Shown here piece after piece: positions 35,914 to 43,927 of a stretch of 43,927 nucleotides of DNA. The notes under the pieces are model-generated. The model searched no databases, was not told where the DNA came from, and saw only the letters and a list, made by a program, of their open reading frames with translations. How positions within the stretch are numbered: the first letter of the stretch is position 1; each line of letters opens with the position of its first letter. The position numbers and the translations under genes are program-made. Where the stretch lies: positions 1-43,927 of the forward strand of contig CANQVV010000002.1 in assembly GCA_947627385.1 (NCBI GenBank), given 5' to 3'. This DNA is from an uncultured Bacilli bacterium. GTDB lineage: Bacteria; Bacillota_I; Bacilli_A; RF39; UBA660.

Positions 35914-37515
35914 TTAATCATGTAATAATACAGCATGAATAACTAATCTATTTTTTCCATTATTAGAACAAGTTGATAATGTTAATATTTTATCATCTGT
36001 TGATACTGGTGTATCAAAAACATAAATACTACGATCAGTAATAAGTGTTAAGAAATCTTGAAATTTTTCTTTGGTGCTAAAATTAGCTATTAAATAATCG
36101 TTAGTATTTGGTATTGCATAAATAGAAAATATTTTCCATTTTAATTTTTCTTTAATAGTATCAAATTCAATTATTTGATTTTCTTCTTTGGTATACCAAT
36201 TTTTTTGTTTTACTTTATATAATGTGCCAAACATAACACCACTATAATACATATTATGACCAAAAATAATTGTATTTTGACTTAAATTAACGGCATCAGC
36301 TCGATAATCCATAAATATCCAACCACTATTATCTTTTTGTTTTTTAAAGTTTCTCTTTAAGTAATAATCATTATCAGTGGCTTGGACAACGGGATAATCG
36401 ACATTAGTATTATTTACTTTAAGCCAACCAACTGTATCTTCATTTATTGCTTTTAAACTGACAATATCATTATTTAATTTTTCTTCTACTGGTTCTTCGA
36501 TATTAGGTTCATCATTAGTATTTTCAATCGGTTCTTCAATAGGTATTTCTTCCTTTTCTTCTTTATTCTCTGCAATTAAATTATCAATATCTGATTTTAT
36601 ATCTTCAACTTTTTGCATTGAGGTATAGTTAGAATAAAATACATAAAAGACCAAAGAACTTACTATAAAAAGAGAAATAAAAATACAAGTTTTAATGGTA
36701 TTTAGATGAATTTGATTCATTAAATTATCTTCAAGATATTTTTCAGAATAATCAATAACAAATTTTATGCCATTAGTATGAGCATTCTTTTTATTTATTT
36801 TTTTCAAATATTCAATTAATTCAATATCATTTATATTTTGTTCTAAATGAATTTTAATATTTTTTAATTTATATGAATAAAGGATATCTAAAACATTTTC
36901 CAGATCATTTTTATTTAATTTGTTGACATATATATGCTTTAAATATTTATTGATACTCATAAAAGCTATAAAATCATCTTCATCTTCTTTATTAAAAGGT
37001 AAATCTAAATAAATTGTTGTTTTATAATAAAGGGATGAAAAATTATTCATATTATTATTTTCCATAAATTTACTAGAAAATAATATTTCGTTACGACTTT
37101 CCACAGTAATATTAGCTTTATCTAACATTTCTAATAAAAAAGTTGGTAAATTATATAAAGATACATATTTTATATTATTAGATTTTATAATTTTTTCACA
37201 TATTTTATAGGTAAGAATTGTTTCTTCTAATAAGTATAGAGTATTAATGTTATTTATATTAGCAATTACTTGTAAAATTAAGGGAGCTATTTCAGATTCT
37301 TTAATAACTAAAATATTAATATTATAATCTTTAATTAATTCTTTTAAAAAATTGTGAAGAAGATTTTGATTACTAGCAATATATTCATCACTAAAAAGAA
37401 GTTCATTTTGACTAATGACATTAGTATTAATTAAGTTTTTTTCAGCAACTTTTAGTCTTTTTCGTTCTTGAACAAATAGTTTATTATCTTTTATTTGAAA
37501 TAATATTTTAATCAC
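35914..37515 (-). CDS. srtB: Class B sortase fused to a ~270-aa N-terminal cytoplasmic domain of unknown function
   Basis: aa ~345-533: TVGWLKVNNTNVDYPVVQATDNDYYLKRNF, IIFGH(420)NM, LTLSTC(516)S and NR(523)LVIHAV give the sortase B catalytic His/Cys/Arg and the TLxTC motif. There is a TM at aa ~273-295. aa 1-270 are Asn/Ile/Leu-rich with no motif I recognise. Confidence 0.8.
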   Translation of the reverse strand: MIKILFQIKDNKLFVQERKRLKVAEKNLINTNVISQNELLFSDEYIASNQNLLHNFLKELIKDYNINILVIKESEIAPLILQVIANINNINTLYLLEETILTYKICEKIIKSNNIKYVSLYNLPTFLLEMLDKANITVESRNEILFSSKFMENNNMNNFSSLYYKTTIYLDLPFNKEDEDDFIAFMSINKYLKHIYVNKLNKNDLENVLDILYSYKLKNIKIHLEQNINDIELIEYLKKINKKNAHTNGIKFVIDYSEKYLEDNLMNQIHLNTIKTCIFISLFIVSSLVFYVFYSNYTSMQKVEDIKSDIDNLIAENKEEKEEIPIEEPIENTNDEPNIEEPVEEKLNNDIVSLKAINEDTVGWLKVNNTNVDYPVVQATDNDYYLKRNFKKQKDNSGWIFMDYRADAVNLSQNTIIFGHNMYYSGVMFGTLYKVKQKNWYTKEENQIIEFDTIKEKLKWKIFSIYAIPNTNDYLIANFSTKEKFQDFLTLITDRSIYVFDTPVSTDDKILTLSTCSNNGKNRLVIHAVLLHD

Positions 37516-37642
37516 TTTAATCTACTCCTTATTATTATAATAACACAATTTGACACATTTTAATAAAAAAGTTTTAAAAAAATGTAGATTTTTGTATTTT
37601 TATGATATAATATTGACATAATAGAGAGTAGGAGAGGATAAA

Positions 37643-38185
37643 ATGAAAAAAATATTTGGTTTAATGGTTATGTCATTAGTTGCACTTTTACCATTATCTG
37701 CTAAGGCCGCAGTGGCTATTTCAAAAAATTGTGGTACTGCTGATGCCAATGGTGTAATTACTTGTACACTTGGTTATTCAATAACCGATGAGGAAGGAGC
37801 TTCCAGTTTAACTGTTACATTAACAGAATTAGGCGGAGCCGAAATAGTTGATGTAATGGATGCTAATGATTCTGAATGGTCAGTAAGCAATAAAAATGAA
37901 AGTAATGGTGTTTGGACAGTAATTCTTGCATCTCCTGGTGTTAATGGTGAAGGAAGTTTATTTACTTTCACTTACAAACCATCTGGAATGGAAGGATGTG
38001 GTATTGAAGTAGCTCTTGATGATGCAAAATTAACAGTTACTCCTGATGAACCAACGCCTGATACTCCAACAGATAATAAACAAACTGGTGCAACATTACC
38101 TTATATTGCTCTTGGCTGTATAGCAGTACTTGCTACCGGAGCATATTTAGCAACTAGAAATAAATCAAAAATGTATAAAATATAA
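37643..38185 (+). CDS. Small cell-wall-sorted surface protein (NKQTG sorting signal), probable substrate of the adjacent sortase B
   Basis: Signal peptide (LLPLSAKA|AV) and a ~115-aa beta-rich domain. The C-terminus reads DNKQTG (nt 38075-38089)-ATLPYIALGCIAVLATGAYLAT-RNKSKMYKI. It is divergently adjacent to srtB. Confidence 0.75.
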   Translation: MKKIFGLMVMSLVALLPLSAKAAVAISKNCGTADANGVITCTLGYSITDEEGASSLTVTLTELGGAEIVDVMDANDSEWSVSNKNESNGVWTVILASPGVNGEGSLFTFTYKPSGMEGCGIEVALDDAKLTVTPDEPTPDTPTDNKQTGATLPYIALGCIAVLATGAYLATRNKSKMYKI

Positions 38186-38200
38186 TAACTTTTAAAATTG

Positions 38201-38231
38201 ACAACCTTTTACTTTGAAAGGTTGTTTTTTT
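38201..38231 (+). terminator. Rho-independent terminator
   Basis: Perfect 9-bp stem acaaccttt / aaaggttgt followed by ttttttt. Confidence 0.7.
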
Positions 38232-38241
38232 ATGCTATAAT
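38214..38241 (+). promoter_or_regulatory. Putative sigma-A promoter for lysS, overlapping the upstream terminator
   Basis: TTGAAA (38214-38219), a 16-nt spacer, then an extended -10 TGcTATAAT (38233-38241). Confidence 0.5.
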
Positions 38242-38259
38242 CTTCGTAGGTGGTAATTT

Positions 38260-39744
38260 ATGCGTGAATTTACAGAACAAGAATTAGTAAGAAGAGAAAA
38301 AGCTGAAAATTTAAGAAAGTTAGGTTTAGATCCTTTTGGTCATAGTTTAAAAATAACTAGTAATTCTAAGGAAATAAAAGAAAAATATGGAGCATTTAGT
38401 AAAGAAGAATTAGAAAATAGTAAAAATGAGGTTACTATTGCTGGTCGAATTATGAGCAAAAGAAGAAGTGGCAAAGCAGGATTTATGGATATTCAAGATA
38501 AATTTGGCAATATGCAAATTTATATTAGTATTAGTGATGTTGGTGAAAGTGAATATGAACTTTATAAATCTTGTGATATAGGCGATATTATTGCCATTAC
38601 AGGTTGGATTTGTAAAACTAATACCGGGGCATTAACAATTCATGCTACTAAATATATTCATTTGGTTAAGGCTTTAAAACCTTTACCAGAAAAATTCCAT
38701 GGTTTAACAGATATTGAGGAACGATATAGAAGACGTTATGTTGATTTGATTATGAATGATAAAGCCAAAGAAATAGCTTTTATTCGTCCAAAGATTATTC
38801 GTTGTATTCAAAATTTTATGGATAGTAGAGGTTTTGTAGAAGTTGAAACACCAATTTTAACCACTCTTTTAACTGGTGCTGCTGCTCGTCCATTTGCTAC
38901 CCATCATAATACCCTTGATTTAGATATGTATCTAAGAATTGCCTTAGAACTACCGTTAAAAAGACTTTTAGTTGGTGGTATGGAAGCTGTTTATGAAATT
39001 GGTCGGACTTTTAGAAATGAAGGAATGGATCCTAAACATAATCCAGAATTTACAATGATGGAAGCATACTTAGCTTATTCTGATTTAGAAGGTATGATGG
39101 ATTTAACGGAGAATATGTATCAAACTATTGCCAATGAAGTTTTTGGTAAAATGACTTATAATTGGTATGGCAATGAAATTCATTTAGATGGTAAATGGAA
39201 AAGAATTAGTATGGTTGATGCTATTAAAGAAGTAACAGGTATTGATTTTAAAAAAGAAATGAGTTTAGAAGAGGCCTTAGAACTTGCTCAAAAACACGAT
39301 ATACCAGTGGAAGAACATCAAAAATCTTATGGTCATATTGTAAATTTATTCTTTGAAAAATATGTAGAAGAAACTTTAATTGAACCAACATTTTTATATG
39401 GTCATCCCATTGAAATTAGTCCATTAACTAAAAAAGATGAAAATGATCCAAGGTTTACCCAACGATTTGAATTGTTTATTGGTGGCAAAGAATTTGCTAA
39501 TGCTTATACAGAATTAAATGATCCAATTGATCAATTAGAAAGATTTGAAAATCAACTAAAAGAGAGAGACTTAGGCAATGAAGAAGCCAATGATATTGAT
39601 ATGGACTTTATTGAAGCCTTAGAATATGGCATGCCACCAGCTGGGGGAATAGGTTATGGCATTGATCGACTTGTGATGTTATTTACTGAAAGTGATTCAA
39701 TTAGGGATGTAATTTTATTCCCGACTATGAAGCCAAAAGATTAA
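38260..39744 (+). CDS. lysS: Lysyl-tRNA synthetase, class II
   Basis: OB-fold N-terminal domain and class II motifs (RYRRRYVDL, FVEVETP, IGRTFRNEG, GGIGYGIDRLVML). 494 aa. Confidence 0.92.
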   Translation: MREFTEQELVRREKAENLRKLGLDPFGHSLKITSNSKEIKEKYGAFSKEELENSKNEVTIAGRIMSKRRSGKAGFMDIQDKFGNMQIYISISDVGESEYELYKSCDIGDIIAITGWICKTNTGALTIHATKYIHLVKALKPLPEKFHGLTDIEERYRRRYVDLIMNDKAKEIAFIRPKIIRCIQNFMDSRGFVEVETPILTTLLTGAAARPFATHHNTLDLDMYLRIALELPLKRLLVGGMEAVYEIGRTFRNEGMDPKHNPEFTMMEAYLAYSDLEGMMDLTENMYQTIANEVFGKMTYNWYGNEIHLDGKWKRISMVDAIKEVTGIDFKKEMSLEEALELAQKHDIPVEEHQKSYGHIVNLFFEKYVEETLIEPTFLYGHPIEISPLTKKDENDPRFTQRFELFIGGKEFANAYTELNDPIDQLERFENQLKERDLGNEEANDIDMDFIEALEYGMPPAGGIGYGIDRLVMLFTESDSIRDVILFPTMKPKD

Positions 39745-39829
39745 TAAACGAATTTAAAAGGAAAAAGCAATAAAATGCTTTTTTTTTATTTTTTCTAGTG
39801 TTATAATTTTATTAGGAGGTAAGTAAAAA

Positions 39830-41314
39830 ATGACAATAGCTCAAATTATTGGTCTAGTAGTTGTATTGCTTTTAGCAATTCTTGGTGGATTTTTCATTAT
39901 TAAAAAATCTAAGAAAAATGATTTAGCAAAATGGCTTTTATTATTTATTGGCTTAGCTATCGCATTAACTTGGATTTTTGAGTATGGATATTACCAAGGT
40001 GCCGAGTTCTATGGAACTGGTATGCATCAAGAAGGTATTACCGATATACCAAACTTGATATATTACGCCATAGGTTTTTCAACTGATAAGATTATTTTCT
40101 TATTAGCCTTAGGAGCCTTTTATGGTGTATTAAGTAAATGTGAGGGTTATAAAAAACTTGTTAAGAGATTAGCTGAAAAATTAGAAGGAAAAGAAATTTT
40201 AACTATTTTGATTTCATCACTTTTATTTACAGCATCTGCTTCAATGTTTTCTCAAACATTTATTACTTTAATATTTGTACCATTTATGGTATCAGTACTT
40301 TTATCTATGAAATTAGATAAGATTACCGCTTTTTGTGCTACATTTGGTTCAATATTAATTGGTGTACTTGGAGCAACTTATGGAACAGAAGGATTATATT
40401 GGTTTAATCAATATGTAACTGCTACAATTACAACAGGTATTTTATATCGTTTAATTGTTTTAGTAGTAGCATTTGTTTTATTTAATTTCTTTACTGTTCT
40501 ACATGCTAAAAAAGTATTAAAAGATAAAAAATTAAATGAATTAGAAAGTGATCCATTTAAAGTAGAAAAATTGGATAAAAAAGCAAAAGCTTGGCCTGTG
40601 GCAACTTTACTAATAATAATGTTTATCTTTATTGTTTTAGGTTACATTGCTTGGGAAGCTGACTTTGGTATTACAATTTTTAATACTTTCCATGAAAAAT
40701 TAATCGGTTTAAAAATAGGTGAATTTTCACCATTTGGAACAATATTAGGTTCACTTGCTTCGGCATTTGGTACTTGGACAGAGGATATTCATATTGGTTC
40801 TACTATCTTATTTGTATTTAGCATTTTAATTGCCCTTGTAGGTAGAGTAGGACTTAATGATTATCTTGAAGGTGCAGGAGAAGGAATAAAGAAATTTCTT
40901 CTACCTATTGGTTTATTCATTGGTACATATATTTTAATGGTTGCAGCTTATGTTAGTCCATTTGTTCCAACAATAACTAATTTTATGTTTAAAAATTTAA
41001 GTGCCTTTAATCCATATTTAACAGCATTAGATGCTTTAATAGCTAATATCTTCCATGGAGATTTTGCTTTAACTGGATTAATAGTAGCACCTTACTTTAC
41101 AACTACTTTTGCTGATAAACTTCCAGTAATTCATACTATATTTACAACTATGTATGGTTTTGTTGGTTTATGTATTCCAACAAGTGCTATTCTACTAATT
41201 GGTCTATCTTATTTAAAAATAGATTATAAGAGTTGGATTAAATATATCTGGATGTTTGTTTTAGCAATATTAGTAATATTACTAGTATTATTTACAGTAA
41301 TGACTTATATTTAA
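39830..41314 (+). CDS. Polytopic membrane protein, possibly a YfcC/DcuC-like transporter
   Basis: About 11-12 TM segments. LALGAFYGVLSKCEGYKKLVKRLAEKLEGKE resembles the YfcC-family GGAFG.L.KTGA......L....KG.E block. The assignment is tentative. Confidence 0.4.
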   Translation: MTIAQIIGLVVVLLLAILGGFFIIKKSKKNDLAKWLLLFIGLAIALTWIFEYGYYQGAEFYGTGMHQEGITDIPNLIYYAIGFSTDKIIFLLALGAFYGVLSKCEGYKKLVKRLAEKLEGKEILTILISSLLFTASASMFSQTFITLIFVPFMVSVLLSMKLDKITAFCATFGSILIGVLGATYGTEGLYWFNQYVTATITTGILYRLIVLVVAFVLFNFFTVLHAKKVLKDKKLNELESDPFKVEKLDKKAKAWPVATLLIIMFIFIVLGYIAWEADFGITIFNTFHEKLIGLKIGEFSPFGTILGSLASAFGTWTEDIHIGSTILFVFSILIALVGRVGLNDYLEGAGEGIKKFLLPIGLFIGTYILMVAAYVSPFVPTITNFMFKNLSAFNPYLTALDALIANIFHGDFALTGLIVAPYFTTTFADKLPVIHTIFTTMYGFVGLCIPTSAILLIGLSYLKIDYKSWIKYIWMFVLAILVILLVLFTVMTYI

Positions 41315-41379
41315 TAAAATAACAAAAAAGGCTATTAAATTAGTCTTTTTTTTATGTGTTAAAATTATGTCTAATAATG

Positions 41380-42471
41380 TTATTTTGTTTTTAATAATTT
41401 TAAGATAATAGCTAAAAATAAGTAATTTATTAGTGTATTAGTTCCTCCATAAGAAAGAAAAGGTAAAGGTATACCCATAATAGGTAATAATCCTAAATTC
41501 ATAGAAATATTATAAATTTGATGAAAAATAAATATACTTAAATAAGAATAACTGAATATTTTAATTTTTGTACTTTTAGAATTATTAGTCATATGCATTA
41601 AATATATATCGATTATTATAAATGATATACAGATTATTATGGCACTAATAAGGCCATAATTGCCAATTGAAAATGCTAAAAAGAAATCAGTCGGGGCCTC
41701 AGGAATATATAAAAGAATTTTATTTAAACCAACACCCCAAAATGAAGAAGAACCAATAGTTATTAGGGCATTTTTTAACTGATATGAATTACCACTTGCA
41801 AAGTTAATTAAACGGTCCATTCGGTAGAAAAATGATGTACCAATTATTTTAATTAAAAAATCTTGATAAAAAAAGTAAAGAATAAAAAAGGTTGCTAAAC
41901 TAAATGTAGCAAAACTAAAAAAAGATATATACCACCATTTATTTAATTTTAAGGCCATGATTACTACTAAAAGAATAATTAAAAAATTAATAATTGCTCC
42001 GGTATCAGGTTCTAAAAAAACTAATATTGAAGGTATTAAAGTTATTAAAACTAACCTTAATAATAATTTAAATTCATCTAATGGATTCTTTAATTTAGCC
42101 TTAGTGGCTATTTCTACTAAATAAATAGCTAATGATAATTTAGCAATTTCACTTGGTTGAAAAGAAAAACCAAAGATATTAATCCAACATTTAGCACCAT
42201 TGACATTATCACCAACAAATAAAACTAGTAAAAGCAGAAAAATAGAAAAAATATAAATATATGGAGCATATTTAAATATTTTTTTTAAATTAATTTTTTG
42301 AATTATAAAAATAATAAAATAACCTAAAATAAACCAAATAAGTTGTTTATAAAAAGCATTTTGATAAACTGGACTAATTAATTTAGCATTAAGCATATTA
42401 AAAAGACTTATTATATTTAAAATAAGTAAAGGAATAAATAATAATAAGTTTTTATGTTTTAAAATCTTCAT
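41380..42471 (-). CDS. FtsW/RodA/SpoVE (SEDS) family peptidoglycan polymerase
   Basis: Ten-TM pattern, with QPSEIAKL, PDTGAII, PEAPTDF and LPFLSYGGT motifs. The start is taken at the internal ATG (MKILKHKNLLLF...). The ORF-track GTG at 42543 would overlap the divergent gene, so the start is uncertain. Confidence 0.8.
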   Translation of the reverse strand: MKILKHKNLLLFIPLLILNIISLFNMLNAKLISPVYQNAFYKQLIWFILGYFIIFIIQKINLKKIFKYAPYIYIFSIFLLLLVLFVGDNVNGAKCWINIFGFSFQPSEIAKLSLAIYLVEIATKAKLKNPLDEFKLLLRLVLITLIPSILVFLEPDTGAIINFLIILLVVIMALKLNKWWYISFFSFATFSLATFFILYFFYQDFLIKIIGTSFFYRMDRLINFASGNSYQLKNALITIGSSSFWGVGLNKILLYIPEAPTDFFLAFSIGNYGLISAIIICISFIIIDIYLMHMTNNSKSTKIKIFSYSYLSIFIFHQIYNISMNLGLLPIMGIPLPFLSYGGTNTLINYLFLAIILKLLKTK

Positions 42472-42527
42472 AATATTATTATGTTTCAAAATTAGATTTT
42501 TATCATAAAATATGGTGGAGGTATATA

Positions 42528-42821
42528 ATGAAAGATTTACCACATGTATTTGCTAATAAAATAGCTGAAAATATTAATAATGATCAAGAATTTTTTTATG
42601 GAAATGATCGGGAAGTAGTAAAGAAAGATAGTTTAAGTGTAATAAAAAAGATTAATAATATATTTGCATCAACTTCTCATGTTTATAAAAGTAAAGTAAG
42701 AATAACCCTAAATGATAAAACTGTGGATAAAGTGATTGTAGGTAAAACTAGTACTGATTTAATTACAATGGATGGTGAACTTATCAAGATAGTTGACATA
42801 TTAGATGTTGAAAAAATTTAA
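42528..42821 (+). CDS. Hypothetical 97-aa protein
   Basis: Good SD (ggtggagg) 6 nt before the ATG. No recognisable motif. Confidence 0.5.
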   Translation: MKDLPHVFANKIAENINNDQEFFYGNDREVVKKDSLSVIKKINNIFASTSHVYKSKVRITLNDKTVDKVIVGKTSTDLITMDGELIKIVDILDVEKI

Positions 42822-42835
42822 AATAAAAAAATATA

Positions 42836-43162
42836 TTAAACGATTTCGTCAATATATTTTTTTAATTGCTTAGCATTACTATCAAAAATTATTTTAAGTT
42901 GATTATCTATTTCTACAATTCCCTTAGCTCCTAATTTTTGAATAGCATCTTTATCAACTATTTTAACATCATGTAATATAACTTTAAATCTACTCATATT
43001 ACATTCAGCATTAACTATATTATCTTTGCCACCAAGATAGTTTATTAATTTATTTTCTTTTATTGCAAAATCTTTTCTTGTAAGTTTAATAGCAACAGCT
43101 AAAATAATAAGAATCACTATGGCAATAATAATATATTGTAGTGCTGTATTCAAATTTATCAC
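42836..43162 (-). CDS. Membrane-anchored orphan PTS EIIB-like domain protein with a degenerate active-site loop
   Basis: N-terminal TM (IIIAIVILIILAVAI). YLGGKDNIVNAECNMSRFKVILHD...GAKGIVEIDNQLKIIF parallels the glucose-class EIIB pattern .LGG..NI....HC.TRLRF...D...GV.G......Q.I.G. The Cys is kept but TRLR is altered. Confidence 0.55.
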   Translation of the reverse strand: MINLNTALQYIIIAIVILIILAVAIKLTRKDFAIKENKLINYLGGKDNIVNAECNMSRFKVILHDVKIVDKDAIQKLGAKGIVEIDNQLKIIFDSNAKQLKKYIDEIV

Positions 43163-43226
43163 CCATAATAATTATACTATAAAATAGTAATAAATAAAAG
43201 CAAAAGATAAAAATTACTTTGTACTC

Positions 43227-43253
43227 ACTATTTTAAAAATTAAACATAAATTA
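43227..43253 (+). promoter_or_regulatory. Candidate sigma-K-type (late mother-cell) promoter for the cotZ-like gene
   Basis: AC (43227-43228), 16 nt, then CATAaatTA (43245-43253), which matches AC-N16/17-CATAnnnTA. It is placed ~30 nt before the ATG with the SD downstream. Short AT-rich motifs like this can match by chance. Confidence 0.35.
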
Positions 43254-43282
43254 ATAATGAGAATACATGAAAGGGTGAAATA

Positions 43283-43735
43283 ATGAATAATAATTCAAAT
43301 AATTCAAATAATGCTGGAAATTGTATTAATGAAATTTTAAGTATTATCTTAGTATTACAAGAAAATGCTTGTCCAGATAATTGTTTAGACACTTGTGATA
43401 GACCTATGCTTGGTGGAGGAAGTAATTGTTTAGTTTGTAACACACGTCCGGTAATGCTTTATACTTGTTGCGGTAATGGTACACCTTGGAGTATGCCTAT
43501 AACCAAAGATGTAACTACAAATTGTAGTGAACAACCAATTGGTGCAAATTGTTCAACAGTATTTAGAGTTGAAAAAATAGAAGGAAATTGTTGTACATTT
43601 AGAGTTCTTGCCGAAAATACTGATCCAACTTCACTATATCCATATGTTACAACTAACTCATTCTTTACAATGGATTGTGGCTGTTTATGCGCTATTAGAT
43701 GTTTATCAGATACTTATGTTGATTGTGTTTGTTAA
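43283..43735 (+). CDS. cotZ: CotZ/CotY/ExsY-family cysteine-rich spore coat/exosporium protein
   Basis: 150 aa with 20 Cys by my count. NCINEILSIILVLQENAC...C.DTCDRPMLG......NTRPVMLYTC.G.PW...FRVEKIEGNCCTFRVL follows the CotZ/ExsY pattern (C...I...I..Q......C...LG...DT.P..LY...G.PF....FRVE....CCA.LRVL). Confidence 0.75.
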   Translation: MNNNSNNSNNAGNCINEILSIILVLQENACPDNCLDTCDRPMLGGGSNCLVCNTRPVMLYTCCGNGTPWSMPITKDVTTNCSEQPIGANCSTVFRVEKIEGNCCTFRVLAENTDPTSLYPYVTTNSFFTMDCGCLCAIRCLSDTYVDCVC

Positions 43736-43755
43736 TTTAAGCAAAATGTAAATAG

Positions 43756-43780
43756 AAACCATACTAGTTATGGTTTTTTT
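43756..43780 (+). terminator. Rho-independent terminator
   Basis: Stem aaaccata / tatggttt with loop ctagt, followed by a T-run. Confidence 0.65.
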
Positions 43781-43878
43781 GTACTTTATTATTGCTATTA
43801 TTGAATGTAAAGTAGTTATATTAATTGTTTACCCTAAGTATCAAATATATTCTCAACTTAAACACTTTTTAAAAAGCA

Positions 43879-43918
43879 AAATCTCTCAAACTCAGTATTT
43901 AAGCTGAATTGAGAGATT
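43879..43918. terminator. Long hairpin flanked by A- and T-runs; probable terminator of a convergent gene beyond the right edge
   Basis: aatctctcaa ... ttgagagatt (10-bp perfect stem) with aaaaagcaaa upstream and ttttt downstream. Confidence 0.4.
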
Positions 43919-43927
43919 TTTATGTGT

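Noticed and set aside
42472-42543. GTG-initiated N-terminal extension of the SEDS gene
   Set aside because: It would overlap the SD and start of the divergent 97-aa gene and adds a non-family-like 24 aa. The internal ATG gives the typical short basic N-terminus before TM1. The start remains uncertain because no good SD precedes either candidate.
43240-43443. 67-aa minus-strand ORF
   Set aside because: It overlaps the start and promoter region of the well-supported cotZ-like gene, and has no SD or recognisable motif.
1-43927. tRNA, rRNA, CRISPR-cas, toxin-antitoxin or known defence-system genes
   Set aside because: Reading both strands, I saw no tRNA-like T-arm or acceptor pattern, no rRNA-like conserved block, no spaced-repeat array, and no reverse transcriptase or nuclease-helicase gene cluster. 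A covariance-model scan would be needed to exclude small RNAs.

Overview
This is an AT-rich chromosomal segment (roughly 70% A+T by eye) from a low-GC, apparently spore-forming Firmicute. The Flg_new/Big_2 surface proteins and the sporulation genes fit an Erysipelotrichia- or Clostridia-like organism, but the taxon cannot be fixed without a database search.

Most of the window is housekeeping: a T-box-controlled type-2 ileS, parE-parC (topoisomerase IV), rmuC, murC, nrdD-nrdG, murD, a cysteine desulfurase, lysS, an FtsW/RodA-family gene and a phosphohexomutase. Between these sit cell-surface genes: two Flg_new-repeat proteins, a 1244-aa NPCBM/discoidin protein, a pyruvyl transferase with an O-antigen-ligase-like protein, and a sortase B with a candidate substrate. 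There are also sporulation and spore-surface genes: spoVIF-like, ylbD/ylbE-like, a collagen-like BclA-type protein next to a GT2-TPR glycosyltransferase, and a CotZ/ExsY-like protein. The left edge carries the end of an IS21-family element inserted into an Rpn-like gene. I found no rRNA, tRNA or CRISPR, and no recognisable defence island.

Observations most worth a second look:
1. nrdD appears genuinely split. The glycyl-radical tail is a separate, unannotated 58-aa ORF with its own strong SD.
2. The sortase B has a roughly 270-aa N-terminal cytoplasmic domain of unknown type, sits next to an NKQTG substrate, and there is a second NPSTN candidate elsewhere in the window.
3. IleRS2 carries a swapped HIGH signature (G-L-H-H).
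4. The collagen-like protein and protein-glycosyltransferase form a module.
5. A catalytically degenerate histidine-phosphatase-fold gene is translationally coupled to rmuC.

All calls rest on reading the translations and DNA by eye. No HMM or BLAST search was possible.
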